Shown here: positions 28,547 through 39,158 of the stretch, in pieces | How positions within the stretch are numbered: position 1 is the stretch's first letter | Layout of the letters: each line of letters opens with the position of its first letter | Origin: Candidatus Woesearchaeota archaeon | Lineage (GTDB): Archaea; Nanobdellota; Nanobdellia; Woesearchaeales; JAGLXL01 | Length of the DNA: 64,000 nucleotides | NCBI GenBank assembly: GCA_030640025.1 | Contig: DAOWKC010000002.1 | Coordinates: 360,119 to 424,118 of the forward strand | Direction: 5' to 3' | Notes under the pieces: model-generated | Told to the model about the DNA's origin: nothing | Database searches by the model: none | Seen by the model: the letters and a program-made list of their open reading frames with translations, nothing else | Program-made: the position numbers and the translations under genes

Positions 28547-29311
28547 ATGGAAAAGATTGGTTTGATTGGGGGTTCGATGTTTTTTGGAAACGGTTTCTTG
28601 ACTGATTTAGAAGGCAAAGAAGTAGAAACAGAGCACGGCAAAGTTGATGTGCTGGTTGGCGAGAATATTGTTTATCTGCCAAGGCACGGCAAAAGTAATT
28701 CTACACCTTCCCATAAAATCAATCACCGGGCCAATATTGCTGCTCTAAAGGAATTAGGTGTGAAAAAAGTGATTGGAATCAATTCTGTAGTCAGCTTGAG
28801 GAGCAAAACAAGACCAAGTTCAATTATCATACCCAAAGATTTTATTGATTTTAATCCAGTTACTTTTTTTGACAGGGAAATTAAGCAGACGAGGCCTTGT
28901 TTAGACAAGGATTTGAAGGAAAAGATAATCAAAATAGCTAAAAATGAAAAAATTACAATCACTAACTGGGAAGTTTATTACCAAGCCAAAGGACCGAGGT
29001 TTGAGACCCAGGCAGAAGTTAATATGATTAAAGGATTTGCCCAAATAATGGGTTTAACAATGGCTAGTGAAGCAACTTTGGCCAGGGAAATGGATTTATC
29101 TTATGCAGCACTTTGTTCTGTTGATAATTATGCCTGGGGAATCATGAAGAAAGAATTGACAGATGAGCAAATCAAAGAGAACAAGAAAAAAAATACTGGA
29201 CTGTTGAAGAAATTAATTGAAAAACTTTTAGAAGATTTAACAAAAAAAGAGGAGAAGGTAGAGAGTTCTGGAAAAATCCATGATTTTATTAAAAGTATTC
29301 GGGGCGGCTGA
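28547..29311 (+). CDS. purine nucleoside / MTA phosphorylase family protein (PNP_UDP_1), divergent paralog
   Basis: LIGGS...LPRHG...H..N..AL motifs of the MTAP/PNP family. Confidence 0.7.
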   Translation: MEKIGLIGGSMFFGNGFLTDLEGKEVETEHGKVDVLVGENIVYLPRHGKSNSTPSHKINHRANIAALKELGVKKVIGINSVVSLRSKTRPSSIIIPKDFIDFNPVTFFDREIKQTRPCLDKDLKEKIIKIAKNEKITITNWEVYYQAKGPRFETQAEVNMIKGFAQIMGLTMASEATLAREMDLSYAALCSVDNYAWGIMKKELTDEQIKENKKKNTGLLKKLIEKLLEDLTKKEEKVESSGKIHDFIKSIRGG

Positions 29312-30064
29312 ATGGTTAAACTCGGAATAATTGGCGGCAGTGGTTTGGATGATCCTAGCATTATTGAGGGGGGTCAGGATGTTGAAACTGAAACCCCTTA
29401 TGGAAAGAGTTCTGTCTTGAAAGTGGGCAAGATTAAAGGTGTTGATGTTGTTTTAATTGCAAGGCATGGAAGAGAACATACTATTCCTCCAACTCAAGTT
29501 AATTTCAGAGCGAATATTCATGCTTTGAAGGAAATTGGTTGTACCCATATTTTAGCAACAACTGCCTGTGGTTCATTGTGTGAAGAAATTGGAAGAGGGG
29601 ATTTTGTTATTTTAGACCAATTTATTGATTTTACCCGGCACAGGAAAGTAAGTTTTTATGAGAAATTTCCGCCTGGCGGAGAAAATGCAAAACATACAGC
29701 CATGGAAGATCCTTTTTCAGAAGAATTGCGGAAGATTTTGATTGATTCAGCTAAGGAGTTAGGGATTAAAGCTCATGAAAAGGGGACAGTAATAACTATT
29801 GAAGGTCCAAGGTTTTCTACTCGGGCTGAGTCGCATATGTTTAGGGCATGGGGAGCTGATGTGATTAATATGTCAGTGGCGCCTGAATGTGCTTTAGCTA
29901 ATGAAGCAGGAATTCCTTATGCTGCTGTGGCGATGAGTACTGATTACGACTGCTGGAAAAGTGACGAAGAACCGGTTTCATGGGAAGAAATTTTAAAAGT
30001 TTTTGGAGAAAATGTTGAAAAAGTTAAAAAATTGTTGCTGCATTCTATTAAGAAGGTGAGCTAA
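29312..30064 (+). CDS. mtnP: 5'-methylthioadenosine phosphorylase
   Basis: GIIGGSGL...IARHGREHTIPP...NFRANIHALKEIG, the classic MTAP signature. Confidence 0.85.
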   Translation: MVKLGIIGGSGLDDPSIIEGGQDVETETPYGKSSVLKVGKIKGVDVVLIARHGREHTIPPTQVNFRANIHALKEIGCTHILATTACGSLCEEIGRGDFVILDQFIDFTRHRKVSFYEKFPPGGENAKHTAMEDPFSEELRKILIDSAKELGIKAHEKGTVITIEGPRFSTRAESHMFRAWGADVINMSVAPECALANEAGIPYAAVAMSTDYDCWKSDEEPVSWEEILKVFGENVEKVKKLLLHSIKKVS

Positions 30065-30595
30065 ATGGAACATATAAAATCAAAGATTAGGACAATTCCA
30101 CATTTTCCAAAAAAAGGAATTATGTTTAGGGATATTACTACTTTGTTAAAAGATTCTGAAGGATATAATCAGATGATTGAACTACTGGTTGACAGGTATA
30201 AAAACTTGGATATTGATTTTGTTGCTGGGATTGAATCACGTGGCTTTATAACTGGAAGTGTATTGGCACATAGATTAGGAGTTGGTTTTATTCCAATCAG
30301 AAAGCCAGGAAAATTACCTGCTGAAACAGTCTCAGAAGAGTACGAATTGGAATACGGAAAAGATAAGATTGAAGTTCATAAAGATGCAATTAAGCAAGGG
30401 AATAAAATTTTATTGGCTGATGATTTAATCGCAACTGCGGGTACCGGGGTTGCTGCTGCCAACCTCATTCAAAAACTTGGGGGAGAAATTGTTGAATGTT
30501 CATTTATAGTAGAACTTCCTGATTTAAAGGGAAGAGAGAAATTAGAAAAGAAAGGATTGAAAGTATTTTCTTTATTTCAATTTGAAGGAGATTAA
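30065..30595 (+). CDS. apt: adenine phosphoribosyltransferase
   Basis: PRTase motif [14 protein letters not shown]. Confidence 0.85.
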   Translation: MEHIKSKIRTIPHFPKKGIMFRDITTLLKDSEGYNQMIELLVDRYKNLDIDFVAGIESRGFITGSVLAHRLGVGFIPIRKPGKLPAETVSEEYELEYGKDKIEVHKDAIKQGNKILLADDLIATAGTGVAAANLIQKLGGEIVECSFIVELPDLKGREKLEKKGLKVFSLFQFEGD

Positions 30596-31480
30596 ATTTT
30601 TTATTTTATTTATTTTAGATTCTATGTTTCTTAATCTATCAATCACAATTAAAGGATATTTTTTATATCCATTTCTATCTAACACTTTTCTTTTTTCTTC
30701 ATAATAACTTTTTACAGTTTCACCTTTTCTTGTTCCATATGTCATTGGTGGGTGAAATTCAACAAAGACCTTGTTTTTTATGAAGAAGTCAACGTGATGT
30801 CTATTAATTCTAAAATGTATGTTTTTTCCTTCTTCGGGTTTTTTTATTAATCTTTCTTTTACAAATATTTGACATAATCTTCTTTCGCTATCTGAATCAA
30901 ATAAACAGTCCATGAATTTGTAAGGATAATTTTTCCTTCTACTTTCTAAAGCCAACAATGCTAAAGGGTACATCTCATGAGCTTTTTTTGCCATTTCTTT
31001 TAATTGGTTTGGATTCTTGACCATACATCTCAATGCAGCTTCTTTTTGGTGTTTTTTGAAGGTTCCTTTTTTCTTCATGGTTTCGTGGGCTTTTTTCATA
31101 TTTCTTCTTGAGTGTTCGGGATCTATTTCTTGTAGTCGTTTAGCCATTTTTGAAAAATATTCTGAATTACCCTTCAATCTTTTTACATTTATTTTGCCTT
31201 GAATAGGTCCATATTTTTTACCTAATTCCTTTCCAAGCCAAGGATGTTTTTGCTGAGCAATTTTACCAGCTTTGCTGTATAAATTTGGATGTTTTTCTAT
31301 TGCTTTCTTTTGATTTTTTTTAGCAATTATGCAATATTTATACCACTTAGCTGATTTTTTGACAAATCTTGAACCAATTGGTAGTTTTAACTTTTTTGCA
31401 ATTTCTTCGATGGACAAGTCTGAATCTAGAAAGGATTCTACCTGATTTCTTATTTTGATATGTTTCTTATCTTTTTTCAT
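30572..31480 (-). CDS. K-rich protein with C-terminal DUF559 / Vsr-like endonuclease fold
   Basis: VDFF...VFVEFHPP...[21 protein letters not shown] matches the DUF559 pattern. N-terminal repeats of KKAHE. Confidence 0.5.
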   Translation of the reverse strand: MKKDKKHIKIRNQVESFLDSDLSIEEIAKKLKLPIGSRFVKKSAKWYKYCIIAKKNQKKAIEKHPNLYSKAGKIAQQKHPWLGKELGKKYGPIQGKINVKRLKGNSEYFSKMAKRLQEIDPEHSRRNMKKAHETMKKKGTFKKHQKEAALRCMVKNPNQLKEMAKKAHEMYPLALLALESRRKNYPYKFMDCLFDSDSERRLCQIFVKERLIKKPEEGKNIHFRINRHHVDFFIKNKVFVEFHPPMTYGTRKGETVKSYYEEKRKVLDRNGYKKYPLIVIDRLRNIESKINKIKNLISFKLK

Positions 31481-31482
31481 TT

Positions 31483-31509
31483 AAAATCACCTCATTTATA
31501 GGTGATTTT
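31483..31509. promoter_or_regulatory. 10-bp perfect palindrome AAAATCACCT-N7-AGGTGATTTT immediately upstream of the DUF559 gene start, followed by an imperfect 18-bp IR (31514-31578)
   Basis: Sequence inspection. Confidence 0.4.
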
Positions 31510-31661
31510 GAGAGGACGTTAAGCGAACCTGCGTAAAAGATTTGACCTCTTTTTTGAGGAAAAATCTTAATTTAGCAGGTTTGCGTGTCCTCGTGTTATT
31601 AGAATAAAAAAATTTAAAAATTGTTTGTGGACTTGTCTAGTGTGTCCAGTGGTAGCCAAAA

Positions 31662-31949
31662 TTGAAAAAATTAATAAATATTAATCAAATAACAAGATTT
31701 ATGGCTGATATGGAAAAAGATCTGGAAAAGGATGAAGATTTTGTTTTGAAGTCAATTGCTTCGACAAAGGAGATTGGTTTGCTGGCTGATAATCTAACTC
31801 AGTATTTTAGCAAATATTCTGAGTTGGGTGAAGTGAAAATCTCTTTTGATGAGCTGGCTAAGAACTGGAAAATAAAGACAGACAAAGGAGAGAAAACAGT
31901 TGAGTATCCAGAAGGAATTGCACAGGCAGTTATGGAATTACGCGAATAA
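31662..31949 (+). CDS. hypothetical protein
   Basis: ORF only. Confidence 0.3.
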   Translation: MKKLININQITRFMADMEKDLEKDEDFVLKSIASTKEIGLLADNLTQYFSKYSELGEVKISFDELAKNWKIKTDKGEKTVEYPEGIAQAVMELRE

Positions 31950-32234
31950 TTGTTTTCTTAATTCAAAATCAAATCGAGCAGCAAATTCTTTAGCTAGATC
32001 TTGGTTGTTTTGCTCTAAGAATTCATAGATGTCGCGGCTGGAACAGTGAGCACAGATGCTCATTTTTTTGCCGCAGAAAAGACATGAATCGCCAGTTTCT
32101 GTTTCTAGGTTAAGGGTTTTTATTTTATGGGCTAGGACTGGATTTATTTCATTGAGCCAAGAAAAAACCCTTTGACTGAGGCAGTCTGGGCAAATAGGGT
32201 TAGTGATGGTTTCTGCACATAGAGTACACTTCAT
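31938..32234 (-). CDS. zinc-ribbon protein (two CxxC pairs twice)
   Basis: CTLCAE...CPDC and CLFCGKK...CAHC. Confidence 0.45.
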   Translation of the reverse strand: MKCTLCAETITNPICPDCLSQRVFSWLNEINPVLAHKIKTLNLETETGDSCLFCGKKMSICAHCSSRDIYEFLEQNNQDLAKEFAARFDFELRKQLFA

Positions 32235-32350
32235 ATAGTTTGTTTTTGAATTATATTTAATAAAATGGTTTCATATGAGGTATATACTGTATATTTATCA
32301 GGATTGGTTTGACATAAAATTTAAATAAAATTAACTTAATTCTTTTTTAA

Positions 32351-32818
32351 ATGGCAGAAGAAATCTTTAGAAAAATAATTGATTTATTAGAACAGAATAA
32401 GGTCAAGTATAAACTTATTGAGCATGAACCGGTTTTTACAAGTGAGGGGGCAGCTAAGGTTAGAGGAACTAAATTAGAGCAAGGTGCAAAAGCACTTGTT
32501 TTACAGTCTAAAAAGAAACTTTTTTTAGCAGTAGTTCCTGGCAATAAGAAAATTAACTTGGAAAAACTAAAAGTTATTCTTAAGGTTAAAAAATTAGGTT
32601 TGGCTAGTCCTGAAAGAGTAAAAGAAAAAACAAGTTGTGAAATTGGTTCAGTCCCTCCACTTGGTAATGTGGTTGGTTTAGACACTTATGTTGATAAAAA
32701 TCTGCTGGAAAATGAGTATATTGCTTTTAATGCTGGGAGTCATTCCAAGTCGATTATGATGCGTTCTGTTGATTATGTAAAAATTGTTAATCCTGAGATA
32801 GACCTATTTGCTGAGTAG
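32351..32818 (+). CDS. YbaK/ProX-family aminoacyl-tRNA deacylase
   Basis: Conserved K and GSVPPLG motif of the YbaK domain. Confidence 0.75.
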   Translation: MAEEIFRKIIDLLEQNKVKYKLIEHEPVFTSEGAAKVRGTKLEQGAKALVLQSKKKLFLAVVPGNKKINLEKLKVILKVKKLGLASPERVKEKTSCEIGSVPPLGNVVGLDTYVDKNLLENEYIAFNAGSHSKSIMMRSVDYVKIVNPEIDLFAE

Positions 32819-32909
32819 ACAAATTTTAGTTAAATAATTAAGAATAAATATCAGAGATGATAAATTCTTCCGATATATTTATATATCAGTTGATATTATT
32901 TTATTTCAC

Positions 32910-33434
32910 ATGTTACAAAAATATAACACTTATAAAATCCTTGAATTGTTTTTTGATTTTCCTACAAAAAATTTTCAATTGAGAGAGATTTCAAGAAGAG
33001 TTAAATTGGGGTTGCCTTCTGTAATTAATCATGTTAAATTGCTAGAAAAAGAGGAATTTATTAAAAAAGAAAAAGGAAATATTTATGATAATTATAAAGC
33101 AAATAAGACCAGTAAGTTCAAACTTTATAAGAAAACAAATCTTCTTTTAAGATTGGATGAATGTGGTTTATTGTATTTTTTAAAAGAAAAATTAACTCCT
33201 GATGTTATTGTTTTGTTTGGTTCTGCAGTTCAAGGGAATGATGTTGAAGAAAGTGATATTGACTTATTTATTTTGGCTAAGAAGAAAGATTTGAATTTGA
33301 AACCATTTGAAGAAAAATTAAATCGTGAAATTAACCTTTTTTTCGAAGAAAAACTAGGTAAGTTGCCTAAGGAATTGATGAATAATATTATAAATGGAAT
33401 AGTCTTGTCTGGTTATTTAAGGGTGCTTAAATGA
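32910..33434 (+). CDS. winged-HTH fused minimal nucleotidyltransferase
   Basis: VLFGSAVQGNDVEESDIDLFIL. Confidence 0.7.
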   Translation: MLQKYNTYKILELFFDFPTKNFQLREISRRVKLGLPSVINHVKLLEKEEFIKKEKGNIYDNYKANKTSKFKLYKKTNLLLRLDECGLLYFLKEKLTPDVIVLFGSAVQGNDVEESDIDLFILAKKKDLNLKPFEEKLNREINLFFEEKLGKLPKELMNNIINGIVLSGYLRVLK

Positions 33435-33853
33435 AAGAATGGGAAGACGTCAAAGATTTGATAAGGGAAGTTGGTAAGAATGATGAGATGGCTAGGTCTT
33501 TATTACAATTTATTGAGCTTAGATTAAATTCGATAAAAAGATTTGATTCTGAAAAAGAAACTTCACTGATTGTTGAAAGTTATTATGAAGTGATTAAGGA
33601 ATTAATCACAGGATTAATGGTTATTGATGGTTACAAAACAACCTCTCATGAAGCTTTAATAATTTATCTAAAAAAATTTTATAATGAATTTGATGAATAT
33701 GAGATAAATTTAACTGATGAATTAAGAAAATTGAGGAATAAAGTTAGTTATGAAGGTTATTTAATTGATGAATCTTATTTAAAAAGGAATCAATTGGAAA
33801 TAAAGGGTATTATTAAAAAGTTGAAAGACACTATTAATAAAAAATTAAAATGA
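33431..33853 (+). CDS. HEPN domain protein. Stop overlaps the alaS start.
   Basis: GYKTTSHE helix and LRKLRNKVSYEG motif, Tyr in place of the canonical His. Confidence 0.65.
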   Translation: MKEWEDVKDLIREVGKNDEMARSLLQFIELRLNSIKRFDSEKETSLIVESYYEVIKELITGLMVIDGYKTTSHEALIIYLKKFYNEFDEYEINLTDELRKLRNKVSYEGYLIDESYLKRNQLEIKGIIKKLKDTINKKLK

Positions 33854-36630
33854 AAAGTGATAAGGAGATTAAAAAAGAGTTTAAAGTGATTGCTTCTCAA
33901 AAGCCTGAGAAATATTACCCTGTCAAGTCACTTAAGGAATTGGGTTTTCAGCGGGGCAGATGCTCTAAATGTCATACTTATTTCTGGTCGTTGGAAAAGA
34001 GAGATGTTTGCGGAGATGCTGCTTGCGTTGGAGGATTTACTTTTATTGGTAACAGTCCAGCTAAGAGGAAATTAACCTATACTCAAACTTGGGAAGATTT
34101 TGCTAAAATTCATAAAAAATTAGGTTATACTCCCATCTCTAGATATCCTGTTGTTGCTCGATGGAGAGATGATGTTTATTGGGTCAATGCAGGGATTTAT
34201 AATTTTCAACCTTATGTTGTTTCTGGGGAAGTAAAGCCACCTGCTAATCCTGTAGTGGAACCTCAGTTTTGTTTACGATTTAATGATATTGATAATGTGG
34301 GAATAACTGGAGCGCATTATGTTGGTTTTGTAATGCTGGGAGAGCATGCTTTTATGCCGCCTGAGAAATTTAATTTTAACCAATATCTAAAAGATCATCT
34401 GGAATGGATTAACAAAGGCATGGGTTTAGCTAACCGGCATTTAGTTTTGCATGAAGATGTTTGGGCTGGCGGCGGTAATTTTGGTTCGTCAATGGAATTT
34501 TTTTCTGGTGGTCTTGAATTAGGTAATCAAGTTTACATAACACATGAAGTTACTTCTTCTGGTTCTCAGGAATTGAAATTGAAAGTTTTAGATATGGGTG
34601 GAGGTATGGAAAGAGTGCCTTGGTTTACTTTTGGAAAAGCAACTTCTTATGAAACAACTTTTCCTTCTGTGATTCGTAAATTACGAGAGGAAACAGGAGT
34701 AAAGTTTGATTCAGATTTGGTTAAGAAATTTATGCCTTATGCTGCCTGGTTGAATGTAGATGAAGTTGATGATATTAATAAGGCCTGGAGTAGAGTGGGG
34801 AAAAAAGTTGGGATGGGAGTTAAGGAATTGCGAGAGAAGATTTTACCTCAGATGGCTTTGTATTCTATAGCTGAACATTCCCGTGCTTTGTTAGTGGCAT
34901 TAAATGATGGCGCTTTGCCTTCTAATGTTGGTGGCGGCTATAATTTACGGGTTATCTTGCGTCGGGCATTGTCCTTTATTGACAAGTATAAATGGAATTT
35001 GTACTTGCCTGATATTTGTAAATGGCATGCTTTGGAATTGAAAAAGTTATTTCCTGAATTGCGAGAGAATCTTTCTGATGTACGGAAGATTTTAGATGTT
35101 GAGAAAAACAAGTATGAGGCGACTCGTCAGAAAAGTAGAGAAATGGTTTCTCGAATAATTAAGATGAGGTTGGATGAAAAAAAATTATTAGAATTATATG
35201 ATTCAAAAGGCATTACTCCTGAAATTTTGAGGGAGGAAGGGGAGAAAGTTGGAGTTAAAATTAAAGTTCCTGATAATTTTTATGCTAAAGTAGCTGCTTT
35301 GCATGAGAAAAGGGAAAAGGTTGTTGTTAAAAGGGAGAAGAAATATAATATTGAAGTAGCTGAAACAAAACCTTTGTATTTTGATGACTGGTCTAAGGAT
35401 AATTTTTCTGGAAAAGTTCTTTGGATGAAAGGCCAATATGTTGTTTTAGATAAAACTGTTTTTTATCCTCGGTCTGGCGGACAAGAAAATGATACAGGTA
35501 TTTTAGCTGGTGGTGAGGTAGTTGATGTGTTTAAGCAAGGCGGATGGATTGTTCATAAGCTGAAGACAAAGGCTGATTTTAAAGTTGGTTTTGTTGTGAA
35601 GGGAAAAATTGATTTGATTCGTCGCAAGCAATTAACACAACATCATACTGCTGCGCACATTATTAATGCTGCGGCACGAAAGGTTTTGGGGAATCATATT
35701 AATCAAGCAGGTGCTAAAAAGTCAGTTGAGAAAGGTCATTTGGATATTACTCATTATGAAAGCTTGACTGATGATGAAGTTATTAAGATTCAAGACGAAG
35801 CAAATAAAATTGTGGCAATGAAACTGCCAGTAATTTCTATTTTTATGGGCAGAGACGAGGCTGAGAAGAAGTTTGGTATGAGGATTTATCAAGGAGGAGC
35901 TGTGCCTGGCAAGACTTTGAGAATTGTGGAGATTGCTGATACTGAAGCAGAAGCTTGCGGGGGAACGCACCTTAAGAATACATCTGAGGCAGAAGAGATC
36001 AAGGTAGTAGGAGCTTTTAAGATTGCAGATGATACTGTTCGGATTGAATACAAAGCTGGGGAGGCAGCTAAGAAAGAGGAGGAGAAATTAAGTGGTTTAG
36101 GTGGAGATATTGCGAAGCTGGCTAAAAAGATGAGTGTTGAAGTTGAGGTGAATGAAGATTATCTGAAAATGGCTGCTGATGAGTTTTCTGTGCCAATGAA
36201 TCAGCTTTTAGGTGCTTTTGAAAAGTTTATTGGGATGGTTGATGAGAATGCACGTAAGTTAGAGAAAGTTAAATTTCCTTTAAAAATGACTTTGTTTGAG
36301 TTTGCTCGTGAATTGTTTAAGGTTTGGAAAAAGCAAAAGAAGGGATTAGAGAAGAAATCAAAAGAAAATTTAGGCAAGAAATTAGGTGAGATTAAGGAGA
36401 AAAGTGTGATGGAAGTTGATTTAGATGCAAATGAAATGAGGAAAATGGCTGAAGGTTTTGGCAAGATTTTATTGTTGAATAGTTCAGGTAATTTTGTTTT
36501 TAAAGGGCCGGATAAGTTATTTGAGAAGTTTTTGATTGATTTTTTAGCTAAGGGTGGTGGTAAGGTTATTAAGCAGGGAATGGTTGATAAGAAGAAGATT
36601 AAGGTTATATTAGGGAAGTTTAAGTTTTAA
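33850..36630 (+). CDS. alaS: alanyl-tRNA synthetase (archaeal type)
   Basis: Archaeal AlaRS N-terminus. Editing-domain HTAAHIINAA...GHLDITH. 926 aa. Confidence 0.9.
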   Translation: MKSDKEIKKEFKVIASQKPEKYYPVKSLKELGFQRGRCSKCHTYFWSLEKRDVCGDAACVGGFTFIGNSPAKRKLTYTQTWEDFAKIHKKLGYTPISRYPVVARWRDDVYWVNAGIYNFQPYVVSGEVKPPANPVVEPQFCLRFNDIDNVGITGAHYVGFVMLGEHAFMPPEKFNFNQYLKDHLEWINKGMGLANRHLVLHEDVWAGGGNFGSSMEFFSGGLELGNQVYITHEVTSSGSQELKLKVLDMGGGMERVPWFTFGKATSYETTFPSVIRKLREETGVKFDSDLVKKFMPYAAWLNVDEVDDINKAWSRVGKKVGMGVKELREKILPQMALYSIAEHSRALLVALNDGALPSNVGGGYNLRVILRRALSFIDKYKWNLYLPDICKWHALELKKLFPELRENLSDVRKILDVEKNKYEATRQKSREMVSRIIKMRLDEKKLLELYDSKGITPEILREEGEKVGVKIKVPDNFYAKVAALHEKREKVVVKREKKYNIEVAETKPLYFDDWSKDNFSGKVLWMKGQYVVLDKTVFYPRSGGQENDTGILAGGEVVDVFKQGGWIVHKLKTKADFKVGFVVKGKIDLIRRKQLTQHHTAAHIINAAARKVLGNHINQAGAKKSVEKGHLDITHYESLTDDEVIKIQDEANKIVAMKLPVISIFMGRDEAEKKFGMRIYQGGAVPGKTLRIVEIADTEAEACGGTHLKNTSEAEEIKVVGAFKIADDTVRIEYKAGEAAKKEEEKLSGLGGDIAKLAKKMSVEVEVNEDYLKMAADEFSVPMNQLLGAFEKFIGMVDENARKLEKVKFPLKMTLFEFARELFKVWKKQKKGLEKKSKENLGKKLGEIKEKSVMEVDLDANEMRKMAEGFGKILLLNSSGNFVFKGPDKLFEKFLIDFLAKGGGKVIKQGMVDKKKIKVILGKFKF

Positions 36631-36777
36631 TATATTTTATATTAATCTTACGTTAATATGATGTTATTTTGATAACAATTATTGGTTTAAGAAACATTTA
36701 TATATCTCAAATTAATGTTATGTTAATGAGGTGCTAAGAGGCAAAACCTCTGGCGCCATCAAAATCAAGATTTTGAG

Positions 36778-36975
36778 GTGTTAAAGATGGTGAAAGCACT
36801 TATAGATGTTCATGAGCATACCAACAAAATTCTGAATATTGTTAAAGCTAAACATGGATTGAAAGATAAATCCAGGGCTATAGACCAAATGGCTAAGGAA
36901 TATGAAGAAAAGGTTTTAGAACTGGAATTAAGGCCGAAAGTGCTTGAATCTTTTAAGGAAAAGGAGAAAGAATGA
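36778..36975 (+). CDS. small ribbon-helix-helix-like protein, coupled to the S2P protease
   Basis: beta-alpha-alpha pattern (ALIDVHEHTNKILNIVKAKHGL-KDKS-RAIDQMAKEY). Overlaps the next gene by 4 nt. Confidence 0.35.
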   Translation: MLKMVKALIDVHEHTNKILNIVKAKHGLKDKSRAIDQMAKEYEEKVLELELRPKVLESFKEKEKE

Positions 36976-38078
36976 GAGGCAGCCAGAAGATTTTTAGGGT
37001 TTTTGGGATTGATGTTAAACTGCATTATTCATGGTGGTTTGTGTTTATATTACTGGCTTATGCTTTAGCAACTGGTTTTTTCCCTCATTATTATGAAGGT
37101 TTGAGTAGCACGGCCTATTGGGTGATGGGTATTACAGCTTCTTTGTTATTGTTTGTATCTGTTTTATTACATGAGTTGACACATTCATTAGTGGCTAAAC
37201 TTTGGAAAATAGAAGTGGAAAGTATTACTTTGTTTTTCTTTGGCGGGGTGGCTTCTCTGCCATCTGAAGACATGAAGCCATGGACAGAATTTTGGATGGC
37301 TTTGTCCGGGCCTCTTTTTAGCATGGCTTTAGGTATGGTGTTTTATTTTATTTATCTCTTAAATGGGAATGTTTATGTGACAGCAATTACATTTTATCTG
37401 TTTCAACTGAATATTATTTTGGCGGTTTTTAATATGCTGCCAGGTTATCCTTTGGATGGCGGCAGGGTTTTTAGAGCTTTGCTGCAGATGTATTTTAAAG
37501 ACATTAGAAAAGCAACCTGGGTTGCCACTAAAGGCGGAAAGTTTATAGGCGGCGCTTTGGCCATACTGGGTTTGATTGCAATTTTTTCCGGCCTTTGGAA
37601 TGGATTGTGGTTTGTGTTTTTAGGAGGGTTTTTGTATTTCATAGCTGGATTAAGTTATGAGCAGGTTATAGTTAAGGAAGTTTTGATGAAAGTTCCTTTG
37701 ACAAAAATGGTGAAGGGGAGTTATTCTCATTTTGCTCCTAATGTTGGTTTTGACAAGGTAATCAAGAAGTTTCAAGCGAATGGAGAGGAAAATTTTATTG
37801 TCAAGAAAGACGGCAAGTTTTTGGGAATAGTTGATTTACGCCGAATTGGAAAGTTGGATAAAAAAACCTGGAGCAAGGTAATGGTCAGGAGTGTGATGAT
37901 TCCTGCTGGTAAGATTAAGGTCTTGAATGAAAAGGACAATTCTTACAGTGCTTTGAGGAAACTAGTGGAGCAGAATCTGCAAATGCTGCCTTTTTTGAAA
38001 AGAGGGAAATTTGTGGGAGTTGTTTACCAAAAGAGTTTGAATCATCATATAGTCATGAAGTTAAAGTATGGCTTATAA
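36972..38078 (+). CDS. site-2 protease (M50) with tandem CBS domains
   Basis: HELTHSLVA HExxH motif, LDGGRV motif, C-terminal CBS pair. Confidence 0.85.
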   Translation: MRGSQKIFRVFGIDVKLHYSWWFVFILLAYALATGFFPHYYEGLSSTAYWVMGITASLLLFVSVLLHELTHSLVAKLWKIEVESITLFFFGGVASLPSEDMKPWTEFWMALSGPLFSMALGMVFYFIYLLNGNVYVTAITFYLFQLNIILAVFNMLPGYPLDGGRVFRALLQMYFKDIRKATWVATKGGKFIGGALAILGLIAIFSGLWNGLWFVFLGGFLYFIAGLSYEQVIVKEVLMKVPLTKMVKGSYSHFAPNVGFDKVIKKFQANGEENFIVKKDGKFLGIVDLRRIGKLDKKTWSKVMVRSVMIPAGKIKVLNEKDNSYSALRKLVEQNLQMLPFLKRGKFVGVVYQKSLNHHIVMKLKYGL

Positions 38079-38123
38079 ATGAAGAAAGAAAAGTTTTAAA
38101 AATTAACTGAAATAACAAGAACT

Positions 38124-39158
38124 ATGTTACCAGAAAAAGAAATCAAGAAGCTGCGAGAGGAATTAGAGACAGCGACACGGCCGTTGATTTTTTTTGATGA
38201 TGATCCAGACGGGTTATGTTCATTTTTGTTGTTTTACAGGTTTTTGCGTGAAGGCAAGGGTGTGGTTAAGAAAAGTTCCCCTAAAATTACAACTGCTTTT
38301 TTGCGAAAAGTTGAGGAATATAATCCAGACAAGGTTTTTATTTTAGATGTGCCGATGGTGGATCAGGATTTCTTGGATGCTGTTAAAGTGCCAGTGGTTT
38401 GGGTAGACCATCATGATCCTTTAGAAAGGCACAAGGTTCGTTATTTTAATCCGCGGATTTTTGATAATAAGATTTATTATCCAGTAACTAAGATTTGTTA
38501 TGATGTAGTCAAGCAAGATATGTGGCTAGCCATGGTGGGTTGTATTGGTGACTGGCATATTCCTGATTTTAAGGATGAGTTTGTTAAAAAATATCCTGAT
38601 TTGTGGGACGGCAAGGGTGATCCTGGAGACGTGACTTATGGCACTCGTTTGGGCAGGTTAGTTAGAATATTTTCTTTTTGTTTGAAGGGGAAAACTTCCC
38701 AAGTCATGAAGGTAGTCAAGATTTTGACCAGAGTTGAAACTCCTTATGAGATTATTGACGGGAAAAGCCCACAAGGAAGATTTGTTTTAAAGCATATCAA
38801 AAGGGTGGAAGGGCATTATAACGATTTATTGAAAAAAGCTAAGAAGAAAGTTGGCAAAGGCAAATTAGTGTTGTTTAGGTATGAAGAGAATCAATGGGCT
38901 TTGTCAAGTGATTTGGCTGGTGAATTGATTTTTTTACATCCAGAAAAAGTTGTGATTGCGGGTCGTGAGAAGAGCGGTGAATTAAAATGCAGTATCCGGA
39001 GCCGGAAGATTAAGATTAAATCGATTTTAGCCAAAGCTCTGCAAGGGATTGAAGGATATGGCGGGGGCCATGATTATGCCTGCGGTGCGGTGGTGAAGGT
39101 TGAGGATTTTGAACAATTTATTAAAAATTTTAAGAGGGAGTTGAATGGAGCCAATTAA
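38124..39158 (+). CDS. DHH-DHHA1 phosphoesterase (NrnA/RecJ-like)
   Basis: DDDPDG, VDHHDP and GGGHDYACGA motifs. Confidence 0.8.
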   Translation: MLPEKEIKKLREELETATRPLIFFDDDPDGLCSFLLFYRFLREGKGVVKKSSPKITTAFLRKVEEYNPDKVFILDVPMVDQDFLDAVKVPVVWVDHHDPLERHKVRYFNPRIFDNKIYYPVTKICYDVVKQDMWLAMVGCIGDWHIPDFKDEFVKKYPDLWDGKGDPGDVTYGTRLGRLVRIFSFCLKGKTSQVMKVVKILTRVETPYEIIDGKSPQGRFVLKHIKRVEGHYNDLLKKAKKKVGKGKLVLFRYEENQWALSSDLAGELIFLHPEKVVIAGREKSGELKCSIRSRKIKIKSILAKALQGIEGYGGGHDYACGAVVKVEDFEQFIKNFKRELNGAN

